DNA of 64,000 bases from an uncultured delta proteobacterium. GTDB lineage: Bacteria; Desulfobacterota; RBG-13-43-22. A model generated the notes under the pieces. It was not told the origin of the DNA. It searched no databases and was given only the letters and a program-made list of their open reading frames with translations. Where the stretch lies: NCBI GenBank assembly GCA_963843145.1, contig CAWJJC010000028.1:160001-224000 (forward strand), in the 5' to 3' direction. This document shows, piece by piece, positions 18,596-28,889 of the stretch (position 1 is its first letter; the number at the start of each line of letters is the position of its first letter). The position numbers and the translations under genes are program-made.

Positions 18596-19363
18596 ATGAA
18601 CCAGTCACCGATTATCGAAACCCGGGACCTGACCATCCGTTTCGGCGGCAATGTTGCCGTCCATAAGGTCAACCTCAAGGTTGAGCCCTATTGCCTCAAG
18701 TCCCTCATCGGTCCCAACGGGGCAGGGAAGACCACCTTGTTTAACTTGATCAGCGGCCAGTATAAACCTACGTCGGGAAAGGTGCTGTTCAAGGGGCGGG
18801 ACGTTACCGGCCTGGGACCGGCTGATCGGACCCGGCTCGGGCTGGGGCGGTCGTTTCAATTGACCAATATATTTCCCACCCTGACCGTGCTGGAAAATGT
18901 CCGGGTGGCCCTCCAGTCCAAGGCCGAGGTGGGCTTTGTTTTCTGGCGCTATTACCGGTCCTATAGCGCGCTGGAAGACCAGGCCTACGAGCTGTTGCAG
19001 CAGGTCCTGCTGGGGGACCGCTGGGCCGATGCCGCCGCCAACCTGACCCATGGGGAGAAACGTAAGCTGGAAATCGCCATCCTCCTGGCTCTGGATCCCG
19101 AGGTGTTGCTCCTGGATGAACCCACGGCCGGCATGAGTCTGGAGGAGGTCCCGGCCATCCTTGATCTTATCCAGGAGATCAAGGCCGGAAGGAATCGGAC
19201 GATCCTTTTGGTGGAGCATAAATTTGACATGATCATGACCGTTTCCGACACGATTGCCGTGCTCAAGGATGGCCGTCTCCTCTGCGACGGTTCGCCCGAC
19301 ACGGTCGCTCAAAACCAGGAGGTCCAAGAAGCCTATTTATCCGGAGGGGTGAAGCATGACTGA
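18596..19363 (+). CDS. branched-chain-type ABC transporter ATPase (LivG-like)
   Basis: GPNGAGKTT, GRSFQ, LLDEPTAG, VEH. Confidence 0.9.
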   Translation: MNQSPIIETRDLTIRFGGNVAVHKVNLKVEPYCLKSLIGPNGAGKTTLFNLISGQYKPTSGKVLFKGRDVTGLGPADRTRLGLGRSFQLTNIFPTLTVLENVRVALQSKAEVGFVFWRYYRSYSALEDQAYELLQQVLLGDRWADAAANLTHGEKRKLEIAILLALDPEVLLLDEPTAGMSLEEVPAILDLIQEIKAGRNRTILLVEHKFDMIMTVSDTIAVLKDGRLLCDGSPDTVAQNQEVQEAYLSGGVKHD

Positions 19364-20066
19364 ATCGATCCTTTCTCTTCTGGATGTGCACACCCATATT
19401 CAGCAGCATCATATCCTCCAGGGGGTGTCTCTTGAGGTCAACCCCGGAAGAGCCACCGTGCTTTTAGGAAGAAACGGCGCCGGCAAGTCCACGACCTTGC
19501 GGACCATCATGGGGCTTAGCCCGGCCACAGCGGGGACGATAACGTTTGGCGGCCAGGCCATTCAAGGCCGTAAGCCTTTTGAAATCGCCCGCTTGGGCCT
19601 GGGGTTTGTTCCCGAAGATTTTGCCGTTGTCTACTCCTTGACCGTGGAAGAAAATTTTCGCTTGGCCATGTTCAAAGAAAGCAGAGAAGCCTGGCATCGA
19701 TTGGAAGCCATCTTTAAGCTGTTCCCGGACCTCAAGAAGTTCCTCCATTCCAAAGCCGGGCTCCTGTCCGGAGGCCAGAAGCAAATGCTGGCTATAGCCC
19801 TGGCCCTGACCCTGGAGCATCAAATCGTTTTAATCGACGAACCCTCAAAGGGGTTAGCGCCCGTGGTAGTCGAACATCTGGGGGAGGCGCTTAACCAGAT
19901 CAAGGAAACAACCACCATCGTTTTGGTGGAACAGAATTTTTATTTAGCCAGTAAGGTGGGGCAGGATTATTTTATCCTGGATGACGGCCGGGTGGTTCAC
20001 CAGGGACTCATGGAGGATCTGGTGAAGGACCATGAGCTGAAACAAAAATACCTGGGCATAGCCTGA
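19356..20066 (+). CDS. branched-chain-type ABC transporter ATPase (LivF-like)
   Basis: GRNGAGKST, LSGGQKQM, DEPSKGLAP, VEQN. Confidence 0.9.
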   Translation: MTESILSLLDVHTHIQQHHILQGVSLEVNPGRATVLLGRNGAGKSTTLRTIMGLSPATAGTITFGGQAIQGRKPFEIARLGLGFVPEDFAVVYSLTVEENFRLAMFKESREAWHRLEAIFKLFPDLKKFLHSKAGLLSGGQKQMLAIALALTLEHQIVLIDEPSKGLAPVVVEHLGEALNQIKETTTIVLVEQNFYLASKVGQDYFILDDGRVVHQGLMEDLVKDHELKQKYLGIA

Positions 20067-20079
20067 CAGGAGGGATTCA

Positions 20080-21099
20080 ATGGCGGGTGAGGCAGGACTG
20101 GCGGGTTCGATAAATCGTGCAGATTGGGATGCCCGGAAAATAGCCAGTTGGATCCTGGGTATAGGGATATGGGTTGTGCCCCTTTGGTGGATCGACCTGA
20201 CCACCTATTTGACCTTGACCATCGCCGGTGTGACCATGGGGGCGCTTCTCTTCCTGACCGCCTCGGGGCTGACCGTGATCTTCGGTCTCATGGATGTACT
20301 CAACCTGGCCCACGGAGCCTTTTTTGCCTGGGGGGCCTATGCCGGGTTCAGCCTTTTGAACATCCTGGACAAAAAAGGCTGGCTGAACCTGGCGACGCTG
20401 GGCCAGAGCGTGGGAAGTCTGGTTTTGGTCCTGTTGCTCGCGCTGATAGTGGGCGGATTATTGGGTATTATCCTGGAAAAGATCATCATCCGCAAGACCT
20501 ACGGAAATCATCTTAAACAGATTCTGATCACCATGGGTGCGGCCCTGGTCATGTCTGAAATCATCAAGATTTTCTGGGGACCTAACGATGAAGCCTTAAT
20601 GGTGCCGGCCGCTTTCCAGGAGTCCTGGGATATTTTTAATATCATCATAACTAAGTTTCGAGTGGTGGCCATTGTCGTCGGAGGGATCTTCTTCGCCGCT
20701 ATCCAATTGGTGCTGCGGAAGACCAAGCTGGGAATCATCGTCCGGGCCGGGGTGGAAAACAAGGAGATCGTCCAGGTCATGGGATACAACATCCAGCGGA
20801 TTTTTACCGGAGTTTTTGCAGCCGGAGCGGCCCTGGCCGCCATGGGCGGAGCGATGTTTTCCATTTTTAACGGGCACGTTTACCCCGCCATGGGGGATGA
20901 GAATTTGATCTTCGCCTTGATCGTGGTCATCATCGGCGGCCTGGGTTCGGTCACCGGCAGTTTCCTGGGGGCGATCATGGTCGGCCTGGCCTTCAACTAC
21001 GTAGCCTTTCTGGTGCCCAAACTGGCCCTCGGCGTAAACATCTTGATCATGGCCGTCATACTGCTTATTCGACCCAAGGGACTTCTGGGCCGAGATTAG
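20080..21099 (+). CDS. branched-chain-type ABC permease (LivH-like)
   Basis: GLTVIFGLMDVLNLAHG, IIGGLGS, RPKGLLG; multiple TM helices. Confidence 0.9.
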   Translation: MAGEAGLAGSINRADWDARKIASWILGIGIWVVPLWWIDLTTYLTLTIAGVTMGALLFLTASGLTVIFGLMDVLNLAHGAFFAWGAYAGFSLLNILDKKGWLNLATLGQSVGSLVLVLLLALIVGGLLGIILEKIIIRKTYGNHLKQILITMGAALVMSEIIKIFWGPNDEALMVPAAFQESWDIFNIIITKFRVVAIVVGGIFFAAIQLVLRKTKLGIIVRAGVENKEIVQVMGYNIQRIFTGVFAAGAALAAMGGAMFSIFNGHVYPAMGDENLIFALIVVIIGGLGSVTGSFLGAIMVGLAFNYVAFLVPKLALGVNILIMAVILLIRPKGLLGRD

Positions 21100-21108
21100 A
21101 CGGGGGGA

Positions 21109-22215
21109 ATGATGACGGAAAGCAATCCGGTTCAACAGGAACGGCTTCGGGAACTACAGACCCGCTTTTCCCAGCCGGCTTTTTATATACAACTGGTCCT
21201 GCTGGGCGTCCTGCTGGTGATCCCTCTGGCCTTTTCTTCCTTCCGGGTCATCGACGTCGTGGCTAAGATCATGATTTTCGCCGTGTTTGTGGCTTCCTAC
21301 GACCTGTTGCTGGGATACAGCGGCCTGCTTTCTCTGGGCCATTCCATGTTTTTCGGAATCGGGGCCTATTCCCTGGCGCTGGTGATCTACCATTTTGGCC
21401 CTCCCGTCTGGTACCACCTGGTCCTGGCTACCGGGGTGGCCCTGGCCCTGAGCATTTCCATGGCCTTGATCATCGCCTTCTTCTCCCTCCGCGTCAAGGC
21501 CATCTTCTTCGCCATGATGACCCTGGCCCTGGCGGAATTCGCCGATATCCTGGCCGTTCAGTGGTATGACCTGACCCGGGCCGAAGACGGCGTCTCCTTC
21601 ACGCTGCCGGGGATTTTTAGTGTGGGCTGGTCGGCCCCCCGTTTGTTCGGGATGGAGATCAACGGCCGGCTCCTGACTTATTATTTCATTCTGGTCGTTG
21701 CCGTGCTCCTGTTTGTCGGCCTGCTGCGTTTTGTTCACTCCCCGGTGGGGCGAGTGCTCAAGGCCGTCCGCGACAATGAACCGCGGGCCACCGCCCTGGG
21801 GTATCACACCTTTCGCTACCAGGTCCTGGCCATCGTCTTCGGGTCGAGCATCGCCTCATTAACCGGGATCCTTTACGCCATGTGGCTGCGCTACGTGAAT
21901 CCCGGCTCCGTCTTAAGCCTGCCCATCATGCTCGACGTACTGCTCATGGTCATCATCGGCGGGCTGGGGACGATGTACGGCAGCATCGTCGGGGCCGCCT
22001 TTATCAAGATCGCCGAGACCTGGCTGCCGGATCTCCAAAAGGTGGCCCAGCGTCTGCTGCCCCATGTCGCCATCGCCCAACGCCTGGCCGAGCGATGGAT
22101 CCTCTATTTCGGGATCCTTTTCATCCTGGTGGTTTTTTTCTTTCCCAAGGGCTTCGTGGGGACCGCCCGGGAAATCATCAAACGGCACCGGGGACGCCGT
22201 TCGGAAGGAGACTGA
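21109..22215 (+). CDS. branched-chain-type ABC permease (LivM-like)
   Basis: LLGYSGLLSLGHSMFFGIGAY, GRVLKAVRDNE, IIGGLG, FPKG. Confidence 0.9.
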   Translation: MMTESNPVQQERLRELQTRFSQPAFYIQLVLLGVLLVIPLAFSSFRVIDVVAKIMIFAVFVASYDLLLGYSGLLSLGHSMFFGIGAYSLALVIYHFGPPVWYHLVLATGVALALSISMALIIAFFSLRVKAIFFAMMTLALAEFADILAVQWYDLTRAEDGVSFTLPGIFSVGWSAPRLFGMEINGRLLTYYFILVVAVLLFVGLLRFVHSPVGRVLKAVRDNEPRATALGYHTFRYQVLAIVFGSSIASLTGILYAMWLRYVNPGSVLSLPIMLDVLLMVIIGGLGTMYGSIVGAAFIKIAETWLPDLQKVAQRLLPHVAIAQRLAERWILYFGILFILVVFFFPKGFVGTAREIIKRHRGRRSEGD

Positions 22216-22223
22216 TTCGCCTC

Positions 22224-23273
22224 ATGCCTGATAAAGGACCGACCGCCGGCTTGCTCAGCCTGGCCACCTATATCCCGCGGACCTATCACGACGCCGATTT
22301 CATTGCCTCCCAGTGCGAGACTCCGGCGGAGATTATCCGCAGCAAACTGGGTTGGTACCAGAAAAACGTCCCCGGCCCGGGTGACGGGACCGTGGCCATG
22401 GGCCTGAAGGCCGCTCGCAAGGCCCTCTATTACTCGGGATTAAAACCGGAGGAGATCGATCTGGTTATTTACAGCGGCGAAGAGGTCAAGGAATATCGCA
22501 ATTGGCCGGTGGGCCCCAAGATCCAGAAAGAACTGGGGCTGCGCCGGGCTTGGTCCTTTGATCTGCAGCAACGCTGCGGTACGACCCTGGTGGCTTTCAA
22601 GCTGGTCCGGGACATGATCCGGTCGGATCCCGGCCTGAAAAATATCCTGATCGTCAGCGGATACCGCAATGCCGATTTGATCCATTATCCTAATCCCCGA
22701 GTGCGCTGGCTCTATTACCTGGCGGCCGGCGGGGCCGCCTGCGTAGTCCAGCGGGACTGTCCTCGCAACGAGATACTGGAAAGCCACTTCCTGACCGACG
22801 GATCCTTCGCCTGGGACGTCTACTGCCCCGAGGGGGGGTCGGCCGCCCCCATGACCCTGGAGGGACTGAAGACGGGAAAACAATATCTGGACGTGATGGA
22901 CCCGGTGGGCATGAAGGACAGGCTGGAGCGACTGAGCCTGAGCAACTGGCTACTCTGCATCGACCAGGCCCTGGCCAAAGGGGGATATGCCCGGTCCGAT
23001 GTCGATTACCTGGCGACCCTGCTGGTCAAGCGCAGCGCCCACGACTTTCTGATGAAGTCCCTCGGCCTGCGACCGGAACAGACGCGCTATCTGGCCGAGT
23101 TCGGCCACCACGGCCAAAACGATCAGATCCTCTCCCTGGAGCTGGCGTTGGAGGAGGGGCGCCTCAAGGAAGGGGATCTGGTCCTGATGATTTCCGCCGG
23201 GATCGGATATGCCTGGAACGTAGTGTTGCTGCGCTGGGGCGCGTGTCGACCAAAGAAGGGCGGTGGCGAATAA
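22224..23273 (+). CDS. 3-oxoacyl-ACP synthase III-like protein (atypical active site)
   Basis: FabH-like: FDLQQRCGT (Cys), LATLLVKRSAH, FGHHGQND, SAGIGYAW; ATG at 22224. Confidence 0.82.
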   Translation: MPDKGPTAGLLSLATYIPRTYHDADFIASQCETPAEIIRSKLGWYQKNVPGPGDGTVAMGLKAARKALYYSGLKPEEIDLVIYSGEEVKEYRNWPVGPKIQKELGLRRAWSFDLQQRCGTTLVAFKLVRDMIRSDPGLKNILIVSGYRNADLIHYPNPRVRWLYYLAAGGAACVVQRDCPRNEILESHFLTDGSFAWDVYCPEGGSAAPMTLEGLKTGKQYLDVMDPVGMKDRLERLSLSNWLLCIDQALAKGGYARSDVDYLATLLVKRSAHDFLMKSLGLRPEQTRYLAEFGHHGQNDQILSLELALEEGRLKEGDLVLMISAGIGYAWNVVLLRWGACRPKKGGGE

Positions 23274-24797
23274 ATGCTCTACGGAGACTGGATTGGTCGT
23301 TGGGGAGACAGCGTTCCGGAGATTGAAGCCCTGGTGGATATCCCCCGGAATCAACGCCTGACCTACGGGGAACTCAACCATGACGTCAATCGTCTGGCCC
23401 ATTTTCTGTCGGTCCGGCTGGGAATAGGCAAAGGCGATCGGGTAGCCGTGCTGGCCTACAACCGGGCGGATTATATCACCCTTTTCTTTGCCGCCGGCCG
23501 ACTGGGGGCCATTCTGGTGCCCCTTAATTTTCGTCTGGCCATCGATGAATTTTTTTATTTTTTTAAGGACGCCGCCCCCCGGGCCTTCTTCTTTGATCGG
23601 GAACACCTGGAGGTGGTACGGGAACTGCAGCCCAGGCTGAACGTGGACCATTATGTCTGCCTGGATCCGGATGACCGACTGGGCCCCAGCCTGGCTTCCT
23701 GCTGGGACCAATTGCCCGCCGACCCGCTTCCGGAAGTGGAGCTGAAGGCGAATGATCCCCAATTGATCATCTATACCTCGGGCACCACCGGTCTGCCCAA
23801 GGGGGTGATCCTGACCTACGGCATGATCACCTGGAATTCCATCAACAGCCATTTGGGCTGGGGACTGCGCCGGGGCGAGCGGACCATCCTGCACTCCGCC
23901 CTTTTCTATACCGCCGGTTGGAACGTCTTTACCCTGCCCTTGTTCCATGGACTGGGGACCAACATCCTCATCCAGCGCTTCGAGGCCGACTTGATATTGG
24001 ACCTTATCGAACGGGAACGGGTCACCATTTTTTTCGCGGTCCCGACCATGTACCAAATGCTGATGGAATCTCCCCGGTTTGCGGGCGCCGATCTATCCAG
24101 TATCTGGTTCCTGGTCTCCGGCGGTGCGCCGCTGACCGAAAAAATATTTCAGACTTTTAAAAAAGAAAAGGGCCTTCATCTCCGAGAAGGATATGGCCTG
24201 ACCGAGGCGGGTCCCAACCTGTTCATGGCCGACGGAAAATTGAAGACCGTGGGCCGTCCCATGCCTCACGTGGACCTGAAGCAGATCGATGACCAGGGGA
24301 ACGAAGTACCCGCCGGCACCGACGGGGAATTGATCGTCCACGGCGATATGGTCTGTGCCGGCTATTGGAACAAGCCTGAGGCCACGGCTGAGGCCCTGAA
24401 GGACGGCTGGTTCCATACCGGAGACCTGACCCAAAAGGACGCCGAGGGTCATTATCGCATCGTGGGCCGTAAAAAAGATATGTTCATCTCCGGAGGCGTC
24501 AACATCTATCCCGCCGAAATCGAGCGGCTGATCGAAACCCATCCCAGGGTGACCGCCGTGGCGGTCATCGGCGTTCCGGATGAGAAGTGGGGGGAGGTCG
24601 GCAAGGCCTGTTTGGTGCCGCATCCCGGCGAGAGCCTGGGCCTGGAGGAACTACAGGATTTTCTGCGCAATAAAATGGCGAAATATAAAATTCCCAAGTA
24701 CCTGATCCTCCTTAAGTCGTTGCCGCGAACGGTGGCTTCGGAGAAGGTTCAAAAGTTTATTCTTAAGCAAAAACACGGTAAGGCGGATAACCATTGA
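23274..24797 (+). CDS. acyl-CoA synthetase (AMP-binding)
   Basis: YTSGTTGLPKG, GYGLTE, FHTGD, SGGVNIYPAEIE. Confidence 0.9.
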   Translation: MLYGDWIGRWGDSVPEIEALVDIPRNQRLTYGELNHDVNRLAHFLSVRLGIGKGDRVAVLAYNRADYITLFFAAGRLGAILVPLNFRLAIDEFFYFFKDAAPRAFFFDREHLEVVRELQPRLNVDHYVCLDPDDRLGPSLASCWDQLPADPLPEVELKANDPQLIIYTSGTTGLPKGVILTYGMITWNSINSHLGWGLRRGERTILHSALFYTAGWNVFTLPLFHGLGTNILIQRFEADLILDLIERERVTIFFAVPTMYQMLMESPRFAGADLSSIWFLVSGGAPLTEKIFQTFKKEKGLHLREGYGLTEAGPNLFMADGKLKTVGRPMPHVDLKQIDDQGNEVPAGTDGELIVHGDMVCAGYWNKPEATAEALKDGWFHTGDLTQKDAEGHYRIVGRKKDMFISGGVNIYPAEIERLIETHPRVTAVAVIGVPDEKWGEVGKACLVPHPGESLGLEELQDFLRNKMAKYKIPKYLILLKSLPRTVASEKVQKFILKQKHGKADNH

Positions 24798-24839
24798 TTG
24801 GTCGGGGGCACCCGCGAAGCATGAAAATACAGACCCCCG

Positions 24840-24919
24840 GTCATTGCGAGGAGCGAAGTGACGAAGCAATCTCCCAGGCAGTTTTCAACCCTTGCCAGAC
24901 CCAAGCGGGGGATTGCTTC
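24840..24919. repeat. truncated REP-like element fused to an IS630 remnant
   Basis: Left arm GTCATTGCGAGGAGCGAAGTGACGAAGCAATC; right arm stops at GATTGCTTC, where transposase sequence begins. Confidence 0.75.
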
Positions 24920-25885
24920 AGTCGGGCGATTGAACACCTGAAGAAACGATTTGTTGAAGAAGGGCTGGAAGCGGCTCTGGAGCGTAAGCCCCGGGAAAAG
25001 CCTTCACGGGAATACATTTGACGGTGCCTTTGAAGCCCTATTAATCGCCTTGGCCTGTTCAGAAGCCCCGGAAGGTCGCCGACGCTGGACAATTAGACTT
25101 CTGGCCGACAAGGCCGTCGAACTCGGATGGCCCCCGTCGGTGTCGCATATGACGATACAGCGGGTTTTAAAAAAAACGAACTTAAGCCTCACCGCAGCCG
25201 ATACTGGAAAATACCTCCCGAAGGGAATGCGGCCTTTGTAGCCCAGACGGAAGATGTCTTGGATATTTATCATTTGCCCTATGATCCGGACTACCCGGTA
25301 GTATGCATGGACGAATCCAACAAGCAAATGATCGGTAAGTCGGCCAGCCTATCCCCCGCGCCCCGGGACAAGGCGCGCACTCACGATGAATATGTCCGCC
25401 ACGGGGTGGCCGAGATATTTATGGAAGTGGAACGTCTTGCTGGCAAAAGACATGTCGCCGTCATGGAATGTCGTACCCGTAAAGATTGGGCCAGGCAAAT
25501 CAAGCAAATGCTGGATAAACGCAACCCGAAGCGATGAAGGTACGTTTGGTTATGGATAATCTGAATACCCACAATATCGCCTCACTCTTCGAGACCTTTG
25601 AACCCAAGGAAGCCAGACGTTTGGTGGAACGACTGGATATTCATTACACCCCGAAACACGGAAGCTGGTTAAACATGGCGGAAATCGAACTCAGCGTCCT
25701 GAATGGACAATGCCTCGATCCCCGGATTCCGGACATGGCCACCATGCAAACTGAAGTAGCTGCTTGGGAAAGTGAACGAAACAACCGGGCAAAAAAAAAT
25801 TTAATGTGGCAATTCATTACCAAAGACCGCTCGGATTAGATTGAAAAGGCTTTATCCGAAACCTATAATTGTATAAATGATATTA
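24920..25885 (+). mobile_element. degenerate IS630-family insertion sequence (5'-truncated, several frameshifts)
   Basis: KRFVEEGLEAAL, LACSEAPEGRRRWTIRLLAD, A8 tract at 25169-25176, VVCMDE, LVMDNLNTH, HYTPKHGSWLNMAEIE; ends approximate. Confidence 0.88.
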
Positions 25886-25904
25886 TGGATAGGTTATTCC
25901 CGTC

Positions 25905-26071
25905 AGCGTTTTTGAGCCGGGAAGATATTATCACGTCCTACGCCCAGATGCTCGAAATGAGCCAGGCCTTGATTCATTCCCAGATATGTCTGTCTGCCGG
26001 ATACCGGCCACGCGGCATTTCTGGAAAAAATGGACACCTTCTGCACCCTCATTAGAGGGTTTATTAGTTAA
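25905..26071 (+). pseudogene. 3' remnant of an alpha/beta hydrolase
   Basis: REDIITSYAQMLEMSQ then, after a frameshift, RYVCLPDTGHAAFLEKMDTFCTLIRGFIS*; matches the catalytic Asp and GH-His segments of hydrolases. Confidence 0.55.
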
Positions 26072-26089
26072 AGAATAGGGAGGGAAACC

Positions 26090-26875
26090 ATGCTAGATAT
26101 AAAGGATTCAGTGGCGGTCATCACCGGCGGCGGAGGAGGCATCGGCCTGGCCCTGGCCCGGTATTGGACGGCCGGAGGCGGCCGCGTGGTATTGGCCGAC
26201 GTGGCGGAAGCGGCCCTGGAAAAGGCCAGAGCCGAACTCGGACCGGAGACGGTTACGGTCGTCTGCGATGTGACCAAAGAAGACGATTGCGCCCGGTTGG
26301 CGGATACGGCTATCGACCGCTTCGGGAAGATCAACCTGGTGGCCCCCTTTGCCGGCATCATCCTGGACGGCCTGCTGGTCTCCACTGACCGGGAAACCGG
26401 AAGGGTGACCAAGAAGATGTCGCTGGGCACGTTCCAAAAGGTCATCGACATCAATCTGACCGGAGTATTTCTGACCGTCCGGGAATGCGTCGAGCGGATG
26501 ATCAACCACGCCTGCCGGGGGCTGATCTGCCTGATCTCCTCCACCGGGTCCCTGGGGACGGCCGGCCAGATCAACTACGCCTCCACCAAGGCGGCTATGT
26601 CGGTGATGCCCAAAGTGCTGACGGCCGAATTTTTCCGGCGGGGCCTGGCGGATCGGATCCGCTGCGCCGCCGTGGCCCCAGGGTATGTGGGCACGGAAAT
26701 GGTGCGGGGCATGAATCAGAAGGCACTGGAAAAGATCTTGGTCGATGTTCCCCTCGGCCGTCTGGTCGAGCCGGAGGAAGTGGCCTCCCTGGTGGGCGAG
26801 ATCTACCGGAACGAAGCCCTGGCCGGGGAGACCTTCTTTATCCACGGGGGATTGCGCCTGGGCTCGAAAGGGTAG
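26090..26875 (+). CDS. SDR family oxidoreductase
   Basis: TGGGGGIG, GQINYASTK, VAPGYVGTEM. Confidence 0.9.
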   Translation: MLDIKDSVAVITGGGGGIGLALARYWTAGGGRVVLADVAEAALEKARAELGPETVTVVCDVTKEDDCARLADTAIDRFGKINLVAPFAGIILDGLLVSTDRETGRVTKKMSLGTFQKVIDINLTGVFLTVRECVERMINHACRGLICLISSTGSLGTAGQINYASTKAAMSVMPKVLTAEFFRRGLADRIRCAAVAPGYVGTEMVRGMNQKALEKILVDVPLGRLVEPEEVASLVGEIYRNEALAGETFFIHGGLRLGSKG

Positions 26876-26996
26876 CCGGGGTTTCCACCGATCGGATTCG
26901 GGGGAGGGTTTGACCATCAAGGAGTTCTAAAGGGTGGCAGAGGCAGGTGGTTCGGCCGAATCCGAATCTATTCAAATTCAACGTCTGCCCCCTCCT

Positions 26997-28889
26997 TTAC
27001 ATCATCTGCTGATACCGTTCCATGATTAAACTCTGGAGCTTCTGCATCAGGAGGAAGGCGTCCTTTAAGATCTTTTTTTCCAGGGTGGTCAGTTGGTCGG
27101 GATCGATAAAGTTATCTGGGGGCTTTCCGGCTTTGATCTGCTCGTACTGGTGGCGCATCCGCAAGAGCATGATATATTCGAAGGCCTGCCTTATCTCGTT
27201 GTGAAAATCCTTCACGATTCCGTGCCGATCCTTCAAAATATGAATGCGTTCCAGGGTGGAAGTCTCCTTAACCCCGGCCTCCATGGCAAACAGGCGGACG
27301 GCGTCCAGCAGCGGGGAGAGACCTTTCACCTTGAGGTCGAATTTATCTTTCTGGGCCCCCTCTTTTTCCACCACGAACTGCTTGAAAAAACCGAGGGGGG
27401 GCGTGATCTTGAGCATCAGGTTGGCCATATGACCGAAAAAAACTTTTTGATCCTTGATCAGATGGGAAAAATGTTCCCGTAATCCTTCTGCCAGGCTAAA
27501 GGCCCCGTAAATCGGGCGCAGATCATAAAAGACCAGAAACTTTAAGAGGGAATCCGCTACCGGTTCGCTGACCCAACCGGTGTAATAGGTCTTCCAGTCC
27601 TGGAGCGGTCGGCACCACTGCGGATTCCCGGCCATATAATTGGCCGGGCACAAGGGGAATCCAATGCGGCTCAGGGTTTGATTAACCTGTGTGGCTAATT
27701 CCAGGAAATAGGTCCGAGCGACCTTGGCTTCTCTTTCAGTTTGCGGATCGGCGTAGATGATGCCGTTATCCTGATCGGTCTTAAAGGTTTGCTCTTTTCG
27801 ACCGCTGCTGCCGTAGACAAAAAAACAATAGGGCAGCGGCGGGGGCCCGGCATCCCTTTCGGAAATCTCCAGCACCTTGCCCATCAGGCGGTCATTGATT
27901 TCGGTAATAATCCGGGTCAGGTGGTCCAGGCGCGCGTTTTGCTTGATCAGGATTCCCGCCACATTGTTGGTCTTTCGGGAGATGGAGATTAGGCCCTCCA
28001 GGGATTCCTGTTCGGTGATGTCCTTGGCAAAGGACAAAGGGGAGGTCCCTTGGAGCAGCATCATATCATGATTGGTGATGATACCTTTCAGTCTTCCCTC
28101 ATCCGTCACCAAAAGGCGATGGATGTTATGCTGGACCATCTTCAAAAGGGCCTCGAAACAGGACTCACCGGTCTCGATCTGAATCAAGGTGGGGGTGGCA
28201 ATATCCCTCACCGGATCCAGGATGGATCGTCCCTGGGCGATGACCTTTTCCCGCAGGTCCCGGTCGGTGACGATGCCGGTGGGTCGCCGTTGGCCATCGT
28301 GGATGACCAAGGAACTGATTTTGTGTCGGGACATCAACCGGGCCGCGTCCCGGATCGTCGTTTCTTCTCCGGCAGAGACCAGCTCCACGGCGAGATCCTG
28401 GACCGGCGTGTGGAACAATAATTCGTCGCCCCCTCCGGAAAAAAAACTCTTATGATGGATCTCCTCGAAAGTCCGGTCGAGATAGCGGGCCAGGTAGGAG
28501 AGGTAATAGGAGGCAATGGCCGGGGTCGAATCGATCAGGCGAAAAACCACCTCCTTTTTTAATTTATAACAGAGGGTGTTCTCCTGGGCCACCACGGTGG
28601 TTTTTTGATTCTCTCCCCCGATCATGGAAAGAAAACCGAAGTTCTCGCCCTGGCCTTTGATATCCAGCACAAATTCCTGGGGTTGTTCCGATTCCAGGTA
28701 CACTTTGACGGTGCCGCTTTTGATCAGATAAAGATAATCACTGGGAGGGTCATGCTGCCTCAGAATTACGGTATCCTTGGTATAGTATCCGGAGGTCAGA
28801 TGATTGGCCAGGATCATAATGACTCCTTCGTCCAGAAAATGGAAAGGAGCCGTCTCCTCCAAAAATTTTAGCGCGCCCGGTTTGGTCAT
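26997..28889 (-). CDS. cNMP-binding / CBS-pair / DUF294 nucleotidyltransferase-like protein
   Basis: cNMP domain (LYLIKSGTV...GENFG), CBS pair (GIVTDRDLR), GSSGRKEQTFKTDQDN, DUF294_C (PPLGFF, FDLKVKG); start MTKPG overlaps the upstream stop. Confidence 0.9.
   Translation of the reverse strand: MTKPGALKFLEETAPFHFLDEGVIMILANHLTSGYYTKDTVILRQHDPPSDYLYLIKSGTVKVYLESEQPQEFVLDIKGQGENFGFLSMIGGENQKTTVVAQENTLCYKLKKEVVFRLIDSTPAIASYYLSYLARYLDRTFEEIHHKSFFSGGGDELLFHTPVQDLAVELVSAGEETTIRDAARLMSRHKISSLVIHDGQRRPTGIVTDRDLREKVIAQGRSILDPVRDIATPTLIQIETGESCFEALLKMVQHNIHRLLVTDEGRLKGIITNHDMMLLQGTSPLSFAKDITEQESLEGLISISRKTNNVAGILIKQNARLDHLTRIITEINDRLMGKVLEISERDAGPPPLPYCFFVYGSSGRKEQTFKTDQDNGIIYADPQTEREAKVARTYFLELATQVNQTLSRIGFPLCPANYMAGNPQWCRPLQDWKTYYTGWVSEPVADSLLKFLVFYDLRPIYGAFSLAEGLREHFSHLIKDQKVFFGHMANLMLKITPPLGFFKQFVVEKEGAQKDKFDLKVKGLSPLLDAVRLFAMEAGVKETSTLERIHILKDRHGIVKDFHNEIRQAFEYIMLLRMRHQYEQIKAGKPPDNFIDPDQLTTLEKKILKDAFLLMQKLQSLIMERYQQMM

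Noticed and set aside
21882-22223. N-terminal extension of the KAS III ORF
   Set aside because: Overlaps livM in another frame; the FabH-like sequence begins at ATG 22224.
25169-25176. A8 tract as a novel recoding site
   Set aside because: It is the usual IS630 frameshift position, and the element is degenerate.
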